Positions 18,637 to 27,779 of a stretch of 64,000 nt of DNA are shown one piece after another. The first letter of the stretch is position 1. Each line of letters starts with the position of its first letter. A program made the position numbers and the translations under genes. The notes beneath the pieces are model-generated. The model saw only the letters and a program-made list of their open reading frames with translations. It did not search any database and was not told the origin of the DNA. The stretch is from a candidate division WOR-3 bacterium. GTDB taxonomy: Bacteria; Hydrothermota; Tepidihabitantia; Tepidihabitantales; JBDRVQ01. The stretch spans positions 203 through 64,202 of the forward strand of contig JBDRVQ010000003.1 in the NCBI GenBank assembly GCA_039801905.1, read 5' to 3'.

Positions 18637-19475
18637 TGAAAAGGGTAAAAGTAGTAAAGAGGAAACTTTGGTGCCGCTTCCCTGTCGGAGGGATATTTTT
18701 CGTCTTTTTCCTATCCTTCTCTTGGGCGGAAAATATTCTTCCCAACCCCAGTTTTGAAATCTGGCTTGATACGATTGGCATCCATATGCCTTTTGGTTGG
18801 TTAACGAGTGAACTTATCCGCTCCGGTTCCGCAATAAAATCTACCTCGGCCCGCACCGGTCAATTCTGTGTCAATCTCTTGGCTTCCGATACCATCGCCT
18901 TCGTTACCACCACCGCCCTTGTTCGGCCCGGAGCGAGTTATCTCTTCTCTGGTTGGGCAAAGACCCAAAATCCCCTACCCGGTTCCTTCACCCTTCAGTT
19001 CTTAACCATTTTGGGAAATCCAATTGGTAACCCAATCCTTTTGCCGGTCTATTTCTCAACCAACTACCGGGAATATAGAACTTGGGTGACCGCACCCGAA
19101 AGCGCCTTCTTTTTAGTTTGCGCTCTAATCACTGCCCCCAATACCAATACCTTCGTTGACGATGTCACCCTTGATGACACATCCTACCTCGCAATTACCG
19201 AAGGGAAGAAAAACTTTTCTCTTTTGCCCCTACTCTTTTCCTCCTCCAGCCTAAAATTCTCCTTAGAGAAAGGAGAAAATGTCTCCCTAGCGATTTATAA
19301 CCTATTAGGAGAAGAGATAAGAAGGGTAGAATTTGGCTTTTTGCCTCCTGGTTCCTATCAGTGGCAATGGGATAAAAAGGATAATAAAGGGAAGAAAGTG
19401 TCCGCCGGCATTTATCTATTAAGACTTTTCACCAAAGAGAGAAGTTGGACCGGGAAAATCTACTTGCCCGAGTAA
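18633..19475 (+). CDS. Secreted protein with a CBM-like beta-sandwich and a FlgD-Ig/T9SS-type C-terminal domain
   Basis: NILPNPSFE opening typical of CBM4/9-like modules. C-terminal ...LPPGSYQWQWDKKDNKGKKVSAGIYLLRLFT... sorting-domain pattern. Confidence 0.6.
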   Translation: MMKRVKVVKRKLWCRFPVGGIFFVFFLSFSWAENILPNPSFEIWLDTIGIHMPFGWLTSELIRSGSAIKSTSARTGQFCVNLLASDTIAFVTTTALVRPGASYLFSGWAKTQNPLPGSFTLQFLTILGNPIGNPILLPVYFSTNYREYRTWVTAPESAFFLVCALITAPNTNTFVDDVTLDDTSYLAITEGKKNFSLLPLLFSSSSLKFSLEKGENVSLAIYNLLGEEIRRVEFGFLPPGSYQWQWDKKDNKGKKVSAGIYLLRLFTKERSWTGKIYLPE

Positions 19476-19499
19476 AAGGATAATTCAAGGAGGCGAAGA

Positions 19500-20207
19500 A
19501 TTAAAAGGATATTTATCGGCACTTCGGGTTGGCTTTATCCCTGGAACGAGGAAGGAACTTTTGATTGGTATCTTTTTAATTCCGGTTTGAATGCGATTGA
19601 ATTGAACGCCTCTTTTTATCGCTTCCCCTTTCCCAACCAGATTAAATCCTGGGCTAAAAAAGGGAGAAAGATTCGTTGGGTAATAAAGGTAAATCGTTTA
19701 ATCACCCACACCTTCAAATTGGGTGAGAGGGCAAAAGATACTTTTCTCCGCTTCCGAAACCTATTTTCCATAATGGATGAGATGATTGACTTCTACCTCT
19801 TCCAACTACCACCCAACTTCTCCCCGAAGATGAAAGAGAGGTTAGAAGATTTTTTTGATTGGGCTAATCTCAAAAAGCGTTTTGCCTTAGAAGTGAGGCA
19901 TAGCGCTTGGTTTGCCCAAGAAAATTACTCTTGGGCAAAAAATAAAGGTATCACCTGGGTCTCTCTTGATTCCCCGGATTTCCCAAGGGAGATAATAAAG
20001 ACAACCGATACGGTCTATTTAAGAATCCACGGCCGGAGTGGTTGGTATAGCCACGATTATTCCGATAAAGAATTAAAAGAGATGGCGAAAAAGATTATTT
20101 CCGTTAAGCCGAAATTGGTCTATATCTTCTTTAATAATGACCAGGCGATGCTTAAAAATGCCCAGAGGATGAAAGAGATTCTTGTTAAGAGTTCGTTGAC
20201 AGACTAA
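19500..20207 (+). CDS. DUF72 family protein; start codon uncertain
   Basis: The conserved DUF72 N-terminus IGTSGWLYPW lies upstream of the first listed start (TTG at 19587). The frame is open from 19476 with no ATG/GTG/TTG there. AGGAGG at 19488-19493 is followed by ATT at 19500. Confidence 0.6.
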   Translation: MKRIFIGTSGWLYPWNEEGTFDWYLFNSGLNAIELNASFYRFPFPNQIKSWAKKGRKIRWVIKVNRLITHTFKLGERAKDTFLRFRNLFSIMDEMIDFYLFQLPPNFSPKMKERLEDFFDWANLKKRFALEVRHSAWFAQENYSWAKNKGITWVSLDSPDFPREIIKTTDTVYLRIHGRSGWYSHDYSDKELKEMAKKIISVKPKLVYIFFNNDQAMLKNAQRMKEILVKSSLTD

Positions 20208-20228
20208 TTTTAGCCCTTATTATTAGCA

Positions 20229-21398
20229 ATGGTCTTAATCTATGAAGATGAGTCCTATAAAAATCTATTCCCCTTAACATATCTCCGGGCGGTCTTTGAA
20301 CTGAGGGTTGGACTTTTCTCGCCCTTAGAAAGATTTCTTCGGTTTTATAAAAATTTCCCAGTCGCCGTAATCGCCCGGGAGGAATTGAAAGAGGTATTAA
20401 AAGAGCGCTATCCCAATTTACTTTTTTTCTCCACCCAATCAAAGATTAGCCAATTAAAAGAGAAGAACCTTCTTTTCCTTTCCGGGAGGACAATTATTTT
20501 GGAAAAGATTCCCGAAGAAGGTGAAAATTGTCTCTTCTTCTCCGAGGAAGGGGAGTTGATCGGCTTTCGGCTTAATACAGAAACGGAAACCAGTATCTCA
20601 AAAATGGGTTGCCAAAGGGTTAAGGCTTTTTCCTTTCTCTATCTCTGGGACCTTATCACCCTGAACGAGAAGATTCTGCCTCTTGATTTACCCAAAGGGA
20701 AAATCCTTGGCTTCTTAGATAGAAGGGCAATCACTATCGGTAAAAAAGAAAATTTATTTCTGGCAAAAGGGGCAAAGGTCTTTCCCGGTAATGTCTTAAA
20801 CTTAGAAAAAGGGGGGATTTATATTGATGAAGGCGCAGAAGTGAAACCTTTTTCCTACATTGAAGGCCCGGTCTATATCGGGAAGAAAACCCAAATCCTT
20901 TCGGCAAGGATTCGCCCCTTTTCTAATATCGGCGAAGAGTGCCGGGTTGGTGGAGAAGTGGAAAGTTCTATTCTCTTGGGTTATGTGAATAAATACCACG
21001 AAGGCTTTTTAGGACATTCTTATCTCGGAGAGTGGGTAAATTTGGGGGCGGGAACTAATAATTCCGACCTAAAAAATAACTACTCACCGGTGAAAATTAA
21101 AATAGGGAAAAGGGAAGTTAATACCGGCTTATTGAAGTTAGGCTGCTTTATCGGCGACCACACAAAAACTGCGATTGGCACCTTAATCCCGACCGGAGCG
21201 GTGATCGGTATCTTTGCCAATGTCCTAAAAGGAGGTTTTGCCTCCAAATTTATCCCTAACTTCTACTGGGATGAGAAAAAAAGGTGGCGGATTAAAGAGG
21301 CACTTCGGACCGCCCGAGTGGTGAAGGAAAGGCGCGGTAAAAAATTGACCGAAGCGGAAGAGAATTTAATAAAAAAGATTTGGCTAAAGGAAAGGTGA
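20229..21398 (+). CDS. Sugar-nucleotidyltransferase-like protein with a left-handed beta-helix (hexapeptide) domain
   Basis: Hexapeptide-repeat region IGKKTQILSARIRPFSNIGEECRVGGEVESSIL...GAGTNNSDLKNNY. Confidence 0.6.
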   Translation: MVLIYEDESYKNLFPLTYLRAVFELRVGLFSPLERFLRFYKNFPVAVIAREELKEVLKERYPNLLFFSTQSKISQLKEKNLLFLSGRTIILEKIPEEGENCLFFSEEGELIGFRLNTETETSISKMGCQRVKAFSFLYLWDLITLNEKILPLDLPKGKILGFLDRRAITIGKKENLFLAKGAKVFPGNVLNLEKGGIYIDEGAEVKPFSYIEGPVYIGKKTQILSARIRPFSNIGEECRVGGEVESSILLGYVNKYHEGFLGHSYLGEWVNLGAGTNNSDLKNNYSPVKIKIGKREVNTGLLKLGCFIGDHTKTAIGTLIPTGAVIGIFANVLKGGFASKFIPNFYWDEKKRWRIKEALRTARVVKERRGKKLTEAEENLIKKIWLKER

Positions 21399-22285
21399 AA
21401 AGAATTGGGATTGATATCGGAGGGACAAATACCAAAATTGGCTTAGTGGCGAAGGGGAAAATCGAAAAGAAAAGGGTTATCCCGACGGAAAAAGAGCCAA
21501 AATCGGCAATCTTATCCCTTGTTAGTGCGATAAGAGAAATTGCTTCCCAAGAAGAGATTGCCACAGTGGGTATCGGCTGCGCCGGACTCATTGACCATAA
21601 GAAAGGGATTGTCCGCACCCCACCCAATCTCCCCAAATGGCATAACTTTCCCTTAAAAAGGGAATTGGAAAAAAGATTAAAAATTCCGGTTTTTGTGGGC
21701 AACGATGTCAATGCCTGTGCCTTAGGAGAATATTACTATGGTCTGGGAAAAGGGAAGAGAAATATCTTTGTCCTGACGATTGGCACCGGGGTTGGGGGTG
21801 GAATCATTTCTGATGGAGAGTTAATCCTTGGGGAAAACTTTGCCGCGGGTGAGTTTGGTCATACCTTAATCTTTCCCGAAGGAAAAAGATGCCAGTGTGG
21901 AAATCGGGGTTGTTTAGAGGCCTACATTGGAGAAAAAGGGATTCGGCAAATGGCGAAAATTCTCTTCGGTAAAGAGTTTTCGCCAGAAGAGATCAGTTTC
22001 TGGGCCAAGAGAAAAGATAAAAGAGCCATTGAGATAATTGAGAAGGTGGGTTATTATTTGGGACTGGCCTTGGTCAATGTGATCCATCTCTTTGACCCAG
22101 AGATAATAATTATTGGTGGTGGCATTTCGGGGTTCGGAAGAACTTTATTAGAAGCGACCAGAAAAACTATTAAAACTCGGATAATGAAACTGCCAAAAAG
22201 GAAGTTAGCAATAAAAATCTCCCAGTTAGGTTCTTCCGCTGGCATCTTAGGGGCAACGCGATTTTCCGAGATTCTTTCCGATTGA
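21380..22285 (+). CDS. ROK-family sugar kinase (glucokinase-like)
   Basis: IGIDIGGTNTKIGLV ATP-binding motif and the CQCGNRGCLEAY ROK zinc motif. Start is TTG, or GTG at 21395. Confidence 0.85.
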   Translation: MAKGKVKRIGIDIGGTNTKIGLVAKGKIEKKRVIPTEKEPKSAILSLVSAIREIASQEEIATVGIGCAGLIDHKKGIVRTPPNLPKWHNFPLKRELEKRLKIPVFVGNDVNACALGEYYYGLGKGKRNIFVLTIGTGVGGGIISDGELILGENFAAGEFGHTLIFPEGKRCQCGNRGCLEAYIGEKGIRQMAKILFGKEFSPEEISFWAKRKDKRAIEIIEKVGYYLGLALVNVIHLFDPEIIIIGGGISGFGRTLLEATRKTIKTRIMKLPKRKLAIKISQLGSSAGILGATRFSEILSD

Positions 22286-22303
22286 GAAGATTTTTCCCTA
22301 AAA

Positions 22304-23200
22304 ATGCCAATAAATTTTCCCTTTCTCGGTGAGACCCTGGCTCTTTTAAGTGCCCTATTCTGGGCATTGGCGGTCATCTTCTTTAAGAAGAGTGGGGAGA
22401 GGACCCATCCCCTCGGCTTAAATTTTTTCAAAAATTTTCTTGCCCTAATCCTTTTTCTTCCCACCCTAACTCTATTGGGCGAACCATTAGTCCCGCGGGT
22501 TTCCCTTTCGGAATTTGCTCTCTTTTTCCTAAGCGGACTTTTGGGGATGTCGGTTGGCGATACCCTATTTTTTGCCAGCCTCAATCGGCTCGGGGCGGGA
22601 ATTTCGGCGATCATCAGTTATACCTATAGCCCCTTACTCATTGGTCTTTCTCTCTTCTTCTTAAAAGAGAACCTCCGCTTAATCCAAATTTTAGGAATAA
22701 TTCTTATCCTCTTTGCTCTTCTCCTCACTACCCAAATAAAACTACCGGAAAAAGTAAAGAAGCGAACTTTACTCTTAGGCATTGCCCTGGGACTTCTTTC
22801 CACTGCTGCTACTGCCATCGGCGTCATTTTGATTAAACCCCTTTTAGCAAAAAACTCTCTTTTCGTGGTGACAGCAATCCGTCTTTTTGCTGGTCTCGTT
22901 GGGGTTTCCTTTTTTATCCTCTTTCTCCCCAATAGGAAAGAGATTATCAAATCGGCATTTGCCCGCAAAGGTTTTGGTTATAACTTGGGAGGAGCAATTT
23001 TCGGAACTTATATCGCCCTCACCATCTGGCTTGGGGGTATGAAGTTCACTCCGGTCTCGATCGCCGCCCCCCTCAATCAATTAAGTAATATCTTCATCTT
23101 TCTTTTAGCCGCCCTAATCTTAAAAGAACCGTTCAATCGGGAAAGGGTTTTCGCTTTGATATTCGCCTTTATTGGTGCCCTCTTGGTAATCATTGGTTGA
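22304..23200 (+). CDS. EamA/DMT-family transporter
   Basis: About ten TM segments with the duplicated EamA-like architecture. Confidence 0.75.
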   Translation: MPINFPFLGETLALLSALFWALAVIFFKKSGERTHPLGLNFFKNFLALILFLPTLTLLGEPLVPRVSLSEFALFFLSGLLGMSVGDTLFFASLNRLGAGISAIISYTYSPLLIGLSLFFLKENLRLIQILGIILILFALLLTTQIKLPEKVKKRTLLLGIALGLLSTAATAIGVILIKPLLAKNSLFVVTAIRLFAGLVGVSFFILFLPNRKEIIKSAFARKGFGYNLGGAIFGTYIALTIWLGGMKFTPVSIAAPLNQLSNIFIFLLAALILKEPFNRERVFALIFAFIGALLVIIG

Positions 23201-23230
23201 CATTGTCCGATTTTCCTTTATGCTTAATAA

Positions 23231-23455
23231 ATGAGAGTTGGGGTCTGTGGTATATTTTGCGAGAAATGCCCAAAGTTTCTTAAAAGGCATTGCTCGGGCT
23301 GTGCGGAAAATCCAGTTTGTGCTATGCCGGGTTGTGCCAAAGAAAAGGGTTATGCCTTATGCTTTGAATGTCCCTCCTTTCCCTGTCCCATCAACTACCA
23401 GTTCTTTCCCAAAAGTTGGCTTGACTTCTTAAAATCAGAAGAGGTTGTCGGATGA
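23231..23455 (+). CDS. Small Cys-rich protein (DUF3795-like)
   Basis: CGIFCEKCPKF...CSGC...CAMPGC...CFECPSFPC cysteine pattern. Coupled to the next gene by an ATGA overlap. Confidence 0.6.
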   Translation: MRVGVCGIFCEKCPKFLKRHCSGCAENPVCAMPGCAKEKGYALCFECPSFPCPINYQFFPKSWLDFLKSEEVVG

Positions 23456-24909
23456 TTATCCCAAAAGATAACCTAAGTCTGGAAGAATTCATTTCGGTGA
23501 CGAAAGGAGAATGGGTTAAAATCTCTAAGACTGGGATAAAAAGGGTAAAAGAGGGAAGAGAGGCATTGGAGAAACTATTAAAAGAGAATATCCCAATTTA
23601 TGGGGTGAATACCGGCTTTGGTGCCCTCTGTGATAAGAAAATTGAAAATAGGGATTTAGAAAGCCTCCAAAAGAATTTAATCCTTTCCCATGCCTTAGGG
23701 GGAGGAGAGATTTTTGATAAAGAGATAGTCCGGGGAGCAATGTTTTTAAGGGCAAATACCTTGAGCAAAGGATTCTCTGGGGTACGGTTAGAGTTGGTAA
23801 ATTTTCTTTTAGAACTTCTAAATAGAGATATCATCCCAGTTGTTTATAAGAAGGGTTCGGTCGGTGCCTCAGGCGACCTACTACCCTTAGCCCAAATTGG
23901 CCTTACCCTTCTTGGTAAAGGTGAGGTCTTTTATAAAGGGAGAAGGGGAAAGGCGGCAATCGCTCTAAAAAAAGAGGGTTTAGCGCCGATTAAATTAGAG
24001 CCAAAGGAAGGCCTCTCTTTAATCAACGGCACGGAGATTTCCACTTCTTACTTAGGCTTTAATCTCTACTTGATAAATAGACTCTTTCCCATCGCCAACC
24101 TAATCGCCACCCTCTCTTTTTATGCGGGAAAGGGTGATGTGAGGGTTTTGGATTTAAGGCTTCATCGGTTAAAACCTTATTCGGGGCAATTAAAAACCAC
24201 CCGGGCAATGAAAAGGATTTTAGGAAAACTTTCCTCACTTTCCAGGAAAATCCAAGACCCCTATTCTTTAAGATGTATCCCTCAGGTCCACGGTGCGGTT
24301 TATGAGGGGATAAAGTTTGCCAACGAAATCCTAAAAAAGGAGTTAAACGCGGTTACCGATAACCCTTTAATCTTATCCTCCTCGGAAGTGTTAACCGGTG
24401 GTAACTTCCATGCCCAGGCAATCTCCTTGGCGGGGGATATCCTGTCTATTGTTTTAACCACCCTCTCTTTAATCTCCGAGAGGAGGATCTTCTACCTCCT
24501 TTCCGGACCTCCCCCTTTCCTCATCTCGGATGAGGGTAAGAATTCGGGCTTAATGATGGCTCAGGTATTAGCAGCTTCCTTAGCGAGTGAGAATAAAACT
24601 CTATCCTTTCCCGCCTCGGTCACTTCTTTACCCACCTCCCTCAATCAGGAGGACTTTGTCAGTATGAGTATCAATTCTTTAACTAAGATGGAAACGATTC
24701 GGAAGAATTTAGAGATGATTTTGGCAATTGAAGGGGTCGTTTCGGCTCAAGGGATTGAAGTAAAAAATCTCCCAAAAAGAGGGATTATCGGTTCTTTATG
24801 CCGAAAGATTCGGGAATTTGTCCCTTTTCTTAAAGAGGATAAAGAGATCGGAGAAGGGATAAGAAAATTGAGCGAAAACCTCTACATCCTTTTTAAGACT
24901 ACCTATTGA
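23452..24909 (+). CDS. Aromatic/histidine ammonia-lyase family enzyme (MIO type)
   Basis: GSVGASGDLLPLAQ contains the Ala-Ser-Gly MIO-forming triad. Length and layout match HAL/PAL/aminomutases. Confidence 0.85.
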   Translation: MIIPKDNLSLEEFISVTKGEWVKISKTGIKRVKEGREALEKLLKENIPIYGVNTGFGALCDKKIENRDLESLQKNLILSHALGGGEIFDKEIVRGAMFLRANTLSKGFSGVRLELVNFLLELLNRDIIPVVYKKGSVGASGDLLPLAQIGLTLLGKGEVFYKGRRGKAAIALKKEGLAPIKLEPKEGLSLINGTEISTSYLGFNLYLINRLFPIANLIATLSFYAGKGDVRVLDLRLHRLKPYSGQLKTTRAMKRILGKLSSLSRKIQDPYSLRCIPQVHGAVYEGIKFANEILKKELNAVTDNPLILSSSEVLTGGNFHAQAISLAGDILSIVLTTLSLISERRIFYLLSGPPPFLISDEGKNSGLMMAQVLAASLASENKTLSFPASVTSLPTSLNQEDFVSMSINSLTKMETIRKNLEMILAIEGVVSAQGIEVKNLPKRGIIGSLCRKIREFVPFLKEDKEIGEGIRKLSENLYILFKTTY

Positions 24910-24942
24910 CAAATGTCCGTTTCTCACTATAATTTTTGAAAA

Positions 24943-26400
24943 ATGAGGCGTAAGGATATTGTGATCGGTCAACTACTAAATTGGGCACTTAATATTGACC
25001 AGGGGATACCGGTAAAAAGTTTTCGCCTTTTAACCCGTTTCCTCTATTCTTGGCTTAAAAATGAGATCAAAAAACTTGCCCGCAGCCCGGAGCATACCCA
25101 ATCGGAGAAGGTGGTTGAGGATTTATATTATATGATGCGGGCGATGATTCAATCGGCATTGCGGGTGCGCTGGACAAGAAATTCCTTAAACGCCTTTGTT
25201 CGGTCAATTTTATTGAATCAAGATGGCAAAAAGATAAAAGAAATCTGGCGGGAAAAATATGGGGAAGGACCGCCGGGATTTTTAGTGATCAGTCCCACCA
25301 AGTTCTGTAACCTCTCTTGTCCCAATTGCTATGCCAATGCCGCTACCGAGAAAGACCGTTTGGAATATTGGATTGTGCAAAGGATTGTGAAAGAAGCGAG
25401 AAAACTTTGGGGCGTTCGGTTCTTTGTTTTATCCGGAGGGGAACCTTTCGCTTACCACCACGAAGGAAAGGGTATTTTAGACTTGGCAAAAGAATTTAAC
25501 GATTGTATCTTTATGGCTTATACCAATGGTACTTTAATTAATGAAAAAGTTGCCAAGACCCTCTCCGAAATCGGTAATTTAACTCCGGCCATCTCCGTAG
25601 AAGGATTTGCGGAAACAACGGATAAAAGGCGGGGAAAGGGGATGTTTGAACGGATTATCAAAACAATAGAAAGGTTAAAAAAGAATAAGGTCCTTTTTGG
25701 TATTTCCTTAACCGCTACCCGTTATAACTGTGAGGAGATACTTTCCGAAGAATTTATTGATTTTTTCTTTAATAAGATGGGTGCTTCCTACGGCTGGATA
25801 TTCCACTATATGCCAATCGGCCGCGATGTGGAAATTAGTCTTATGCCCACCCCAAAACAGAGACTCTGGATGTGGGAAAGAAGTTGGGAGATTGTAAAAA
25901 AGAAAGGGATAATGCTCGCTGACTTTTGGAACCACGGCACAGTCTCCCACGGTTGCATTGCTGGGGGGAGAGAAGGCGGCTATTTCCATATCAATTGGCA
26001 CGGTGATGTCGCCCCTTGTGTCTTCTTCCCTTTTGCCGTTTCCAACATTAAAGAGATTTACGCCCGAGGGGGCAATCTTAACGATGCAATCCGAACACCA
26101 TTCTTTGAAAGCGTAAGAAATTGGCAAAAGAGATATGGGTTCTTCTCTAAAGGAAATAAGATTGAGGATGGCGATTGGTTACGCCCTTGTCCAATAAGAG
26201 ACCATTTTTTAGATGCCAAAAAAATTATAGAGAAGTATGGGGCAAGACCTATTGACTATGCACCGCATGAAATTTTGGAAGAAGAAAGTTATATTAAAGA
26301 GATGGTCAATTATGATAAGGAATTAGAAAGTCTTACTAAACCAATCTGGGAGAAAGTTTATATTAATCATTACAAAATTTTCCAAGATTCTCAAAAGTAA
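24943..26400 (+). CDS. Radical SAM protein with a SPASM/twitch-like C-terminal Cys cluster
   Basis: CNLSCPNCYA (CxxxCxxC), LSGGEPF, and later HGCIAGG...GDVAPCVF...RPCP. Confidence 0.8.
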   Translation: MRRKDIVIGQLLNWALNIDQGIPVKSFRLLTRFLYSWLKNEIKKLARSPEHTQSEKVVEDLYYMMRAMIQSALRVRWTRNSLNAFVRSILLNQDGKKIKEIWREKYGEGPPGFLVISPTKFCNLSCPNCYANAATEKDRLEYWIVQRIVKEARKLWGVRFFVLSGGEPFAYHHEGKGILDLAKEFNDCIFMAYTNGTLINEKVAKTLSEIGNLTPAISVEGFAETTDKRRGKGMFERIIKTIERLKKNKVLFGISLTATRYNCEEILSEEFIDFFFNKMGASYGWIFHYMPIGRDVEISLMPTPKQRLWMWERSWEIVKKKGIMLADFWNHGTVSHGCIAGGREGGYFHINWHGDVAPCVFFPFAVSNIKEIYARGGNLNDAIRTPFFESVRNWQKRYGFFSKGNKIEDGDWLRPCPIRDHFLDAKKIIEKYGARPIDYAPHEILEEESYIKEMVNYDKELESLTKPIWEKVYINHYKIFQDSQK

Positions 26401-26523
26401 AACTCTTTATAATTATAAATAATTTGTCTTTATTGTAAAAGTGTGAATAATGGGAAAAGAAAATAAGAGACAGAATGGGAACTATTTATTGCCTTTATAA
26501 AGAGAAAAAGATAAAGAAAAAGT

Positions 26524-26590
26524 TGTGGATAAGTGGATTAAACGAAAGATATCCACATAATCCACACATAATCCACAAAAATTATCCAGA
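26524..26590. promoter_or_regulatory. Cluster of six DnaA-box-like 9-mers
   Basis: TGTGGATAA at 26524-26532 is a perfect TTATCCACA on the minus strand. Also AGTGGATTA 26532-26540, ATATCCACA 26549-26557, TAATCCACA 26558-26566, TAATCCACA 26569-26577 and TTATCCAGA 26582-26590. AT-rich DNA lies at 26401-26520. Confidence 0.7.
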
Positions 26591-26592
26591 TA

Positions 26593-26620
26593 TTGACAAG
26601 GAAGAATTTATAACTATTAT
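26593..26620 (+). promoter_or_regulatory. Sigma70-type promoter abutting the DnaA boxes
   Basis: TTGACA (26593-26598), 16-nt spacer, TATTAT (26615-26620). The ATG at 26626 implies a very short or absent leader. Confidence 0.5.
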
Positions 26621-26625
26621 TAAAT

Positions 26626-26841
26626 ATGGCTAAAAAGGTTAAAAGAGAAGAAAAGAGAAAGGAATGGCGCCATCTACCTAACATCTCCTTCCAAAAGAAA
26701 AATTATCTCCTGCTCCTTTTAGCAATAGTAGTCATCATCACTGGTTTTATCGCCTTAGCAAAAGGTTCTATCACCTTAGCACCTTTACTTCTGGTCATTG
26801 GCTATTGTATCTTAGTACCTTTGGCAATTTTAATTAAATAA
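26626..26841 (+). CDS. Small two-TM membrane protein (DUF3098-like)
   Basis: Basic N-terminus followed by two hydrophobic helices. Confidence 0.5.
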   Translation: MAKKVKREEKRKEWRHLPNISFQKKNYLLLLLAIVVIITGFIALAKGSITLAPLLLVIGYCILVPLAILIK

Positions 26842-26852
26842 GAGAAGAATTT

Positions 26853-27776
26853 ATGAAATTATACCATATCATTGAGGCCCAACAATTTAACCGTTCCCTC
26901 TTGGAAGAGATCTTTACTTGTGCCGAAGAGATGGAGGAGATTGCCAAAAAGGGAGGTTGTGAGATATTAAAAGGAAAATTGATGGCAACCCTCTTCTATG
27001 AACCTTCAACCCGTACCCGGCTTTCCTTTGAATCGGCGATGCGCCGGTTAGGGGGAGGGGTAATTTCCACCGAAGATGCTAAGGAGTTCTCCTCCGCTGC
27101 CAAGGGGGAATCCTTAGAGGATACAATAAGGGTAGTTGGTGGTTATGTTGATATCATCGTTCTGCGCCATTATGAGAGCGGCTCGGCAAAAAGGGCGGCC
27201 CAGGTCTCACCGGTGCCAATCATTAATGCCGGAGACGGACCAGGTCAGCATCCGACCCAAGCCCTTTTAGACCTCTGGACAATAAAGAAGGAGATTGGTC
27301 ATTTGGACGGTTTAGCAATTGCGATGGTTGGTGATTTGGCGAACGGCCGCACGGTTCGCTCACTCTCCTACCTCCTGGCGAAGTATAAAGATGTGAAGAT
27401 TTATTTCGTTGCCCCCGAGGTGGTGAGAATGCGTGATGATATTAAAGATTATCTCAAAAGGCATAAAGTCGTCTTTCGGGAGGAAGAGGACTTACTTAAA
27501 ATTGCTCCCCAGGTTGATGTCATCTACGCCACCCGAATCCAAAAGGAGAGATTTGGTGAGAGGATTGAAGATTACGAGAAGGCAAAAGACCGCTACATTA
27601 TTGACAATAAGCTTTTACAGGTAATGAAGAAGAAGGCGATAATTATGCATCCCCTGCCCCGGGTTTCGGAAATCCGACCTGAGGTTGACCGAGACAAAAG
27701 AGCCGCTTATTTCCGCCAAGCCCAAAACGGTCTCTACATTCGGATGGCGCTTCTGAAAATGGTCCTTACAAGTTAA
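26853..27776 (+). CDS. pyrB: Aspartate carbamoyltransferase catalytic subunit
   Basis: STRTRLSFE, HPTQALLD and HPLPR motifs. Confidence 0.93.
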   Translation: MKLYHIIEAQQFNRSLLEEIFTCAEEMEEIAKKGGCEILKGKLMATLFYEPSTRTRLSFESAMRRLGGGVISTEDAKEFSSAAKGESLEDTIRVVGGYVDIIVLRHYESGSAKRAAQVSPVPIINAGDGPGQHPTQALLDLWTIKKEIGHLDGLAIAMVGDLANGRTVRSLSYLLAKYKDVKIYFVAPEVVRMRDDIKDYLKRHKVVFREEEDLLKIAPQVDVIYATRIQKERFGERIEDYEKAKDRYIIDNKLLQVMKKKAIIMHPLPRVSEIRPEVDRDKRAAYFRQAQNGLYIRMALLKMVLTS

Positions 27777-27779
27777 AAA

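Noticed and set aside
26401-26625. Calling this region the chromosomal origin outright
   Set aside because: The DnaA boxes are real, but flanking genes are co-directional on both sides and dnaA/dnaN are absent. I kept it as an oriC-like or DnaA-regulated site pending skew analysis.
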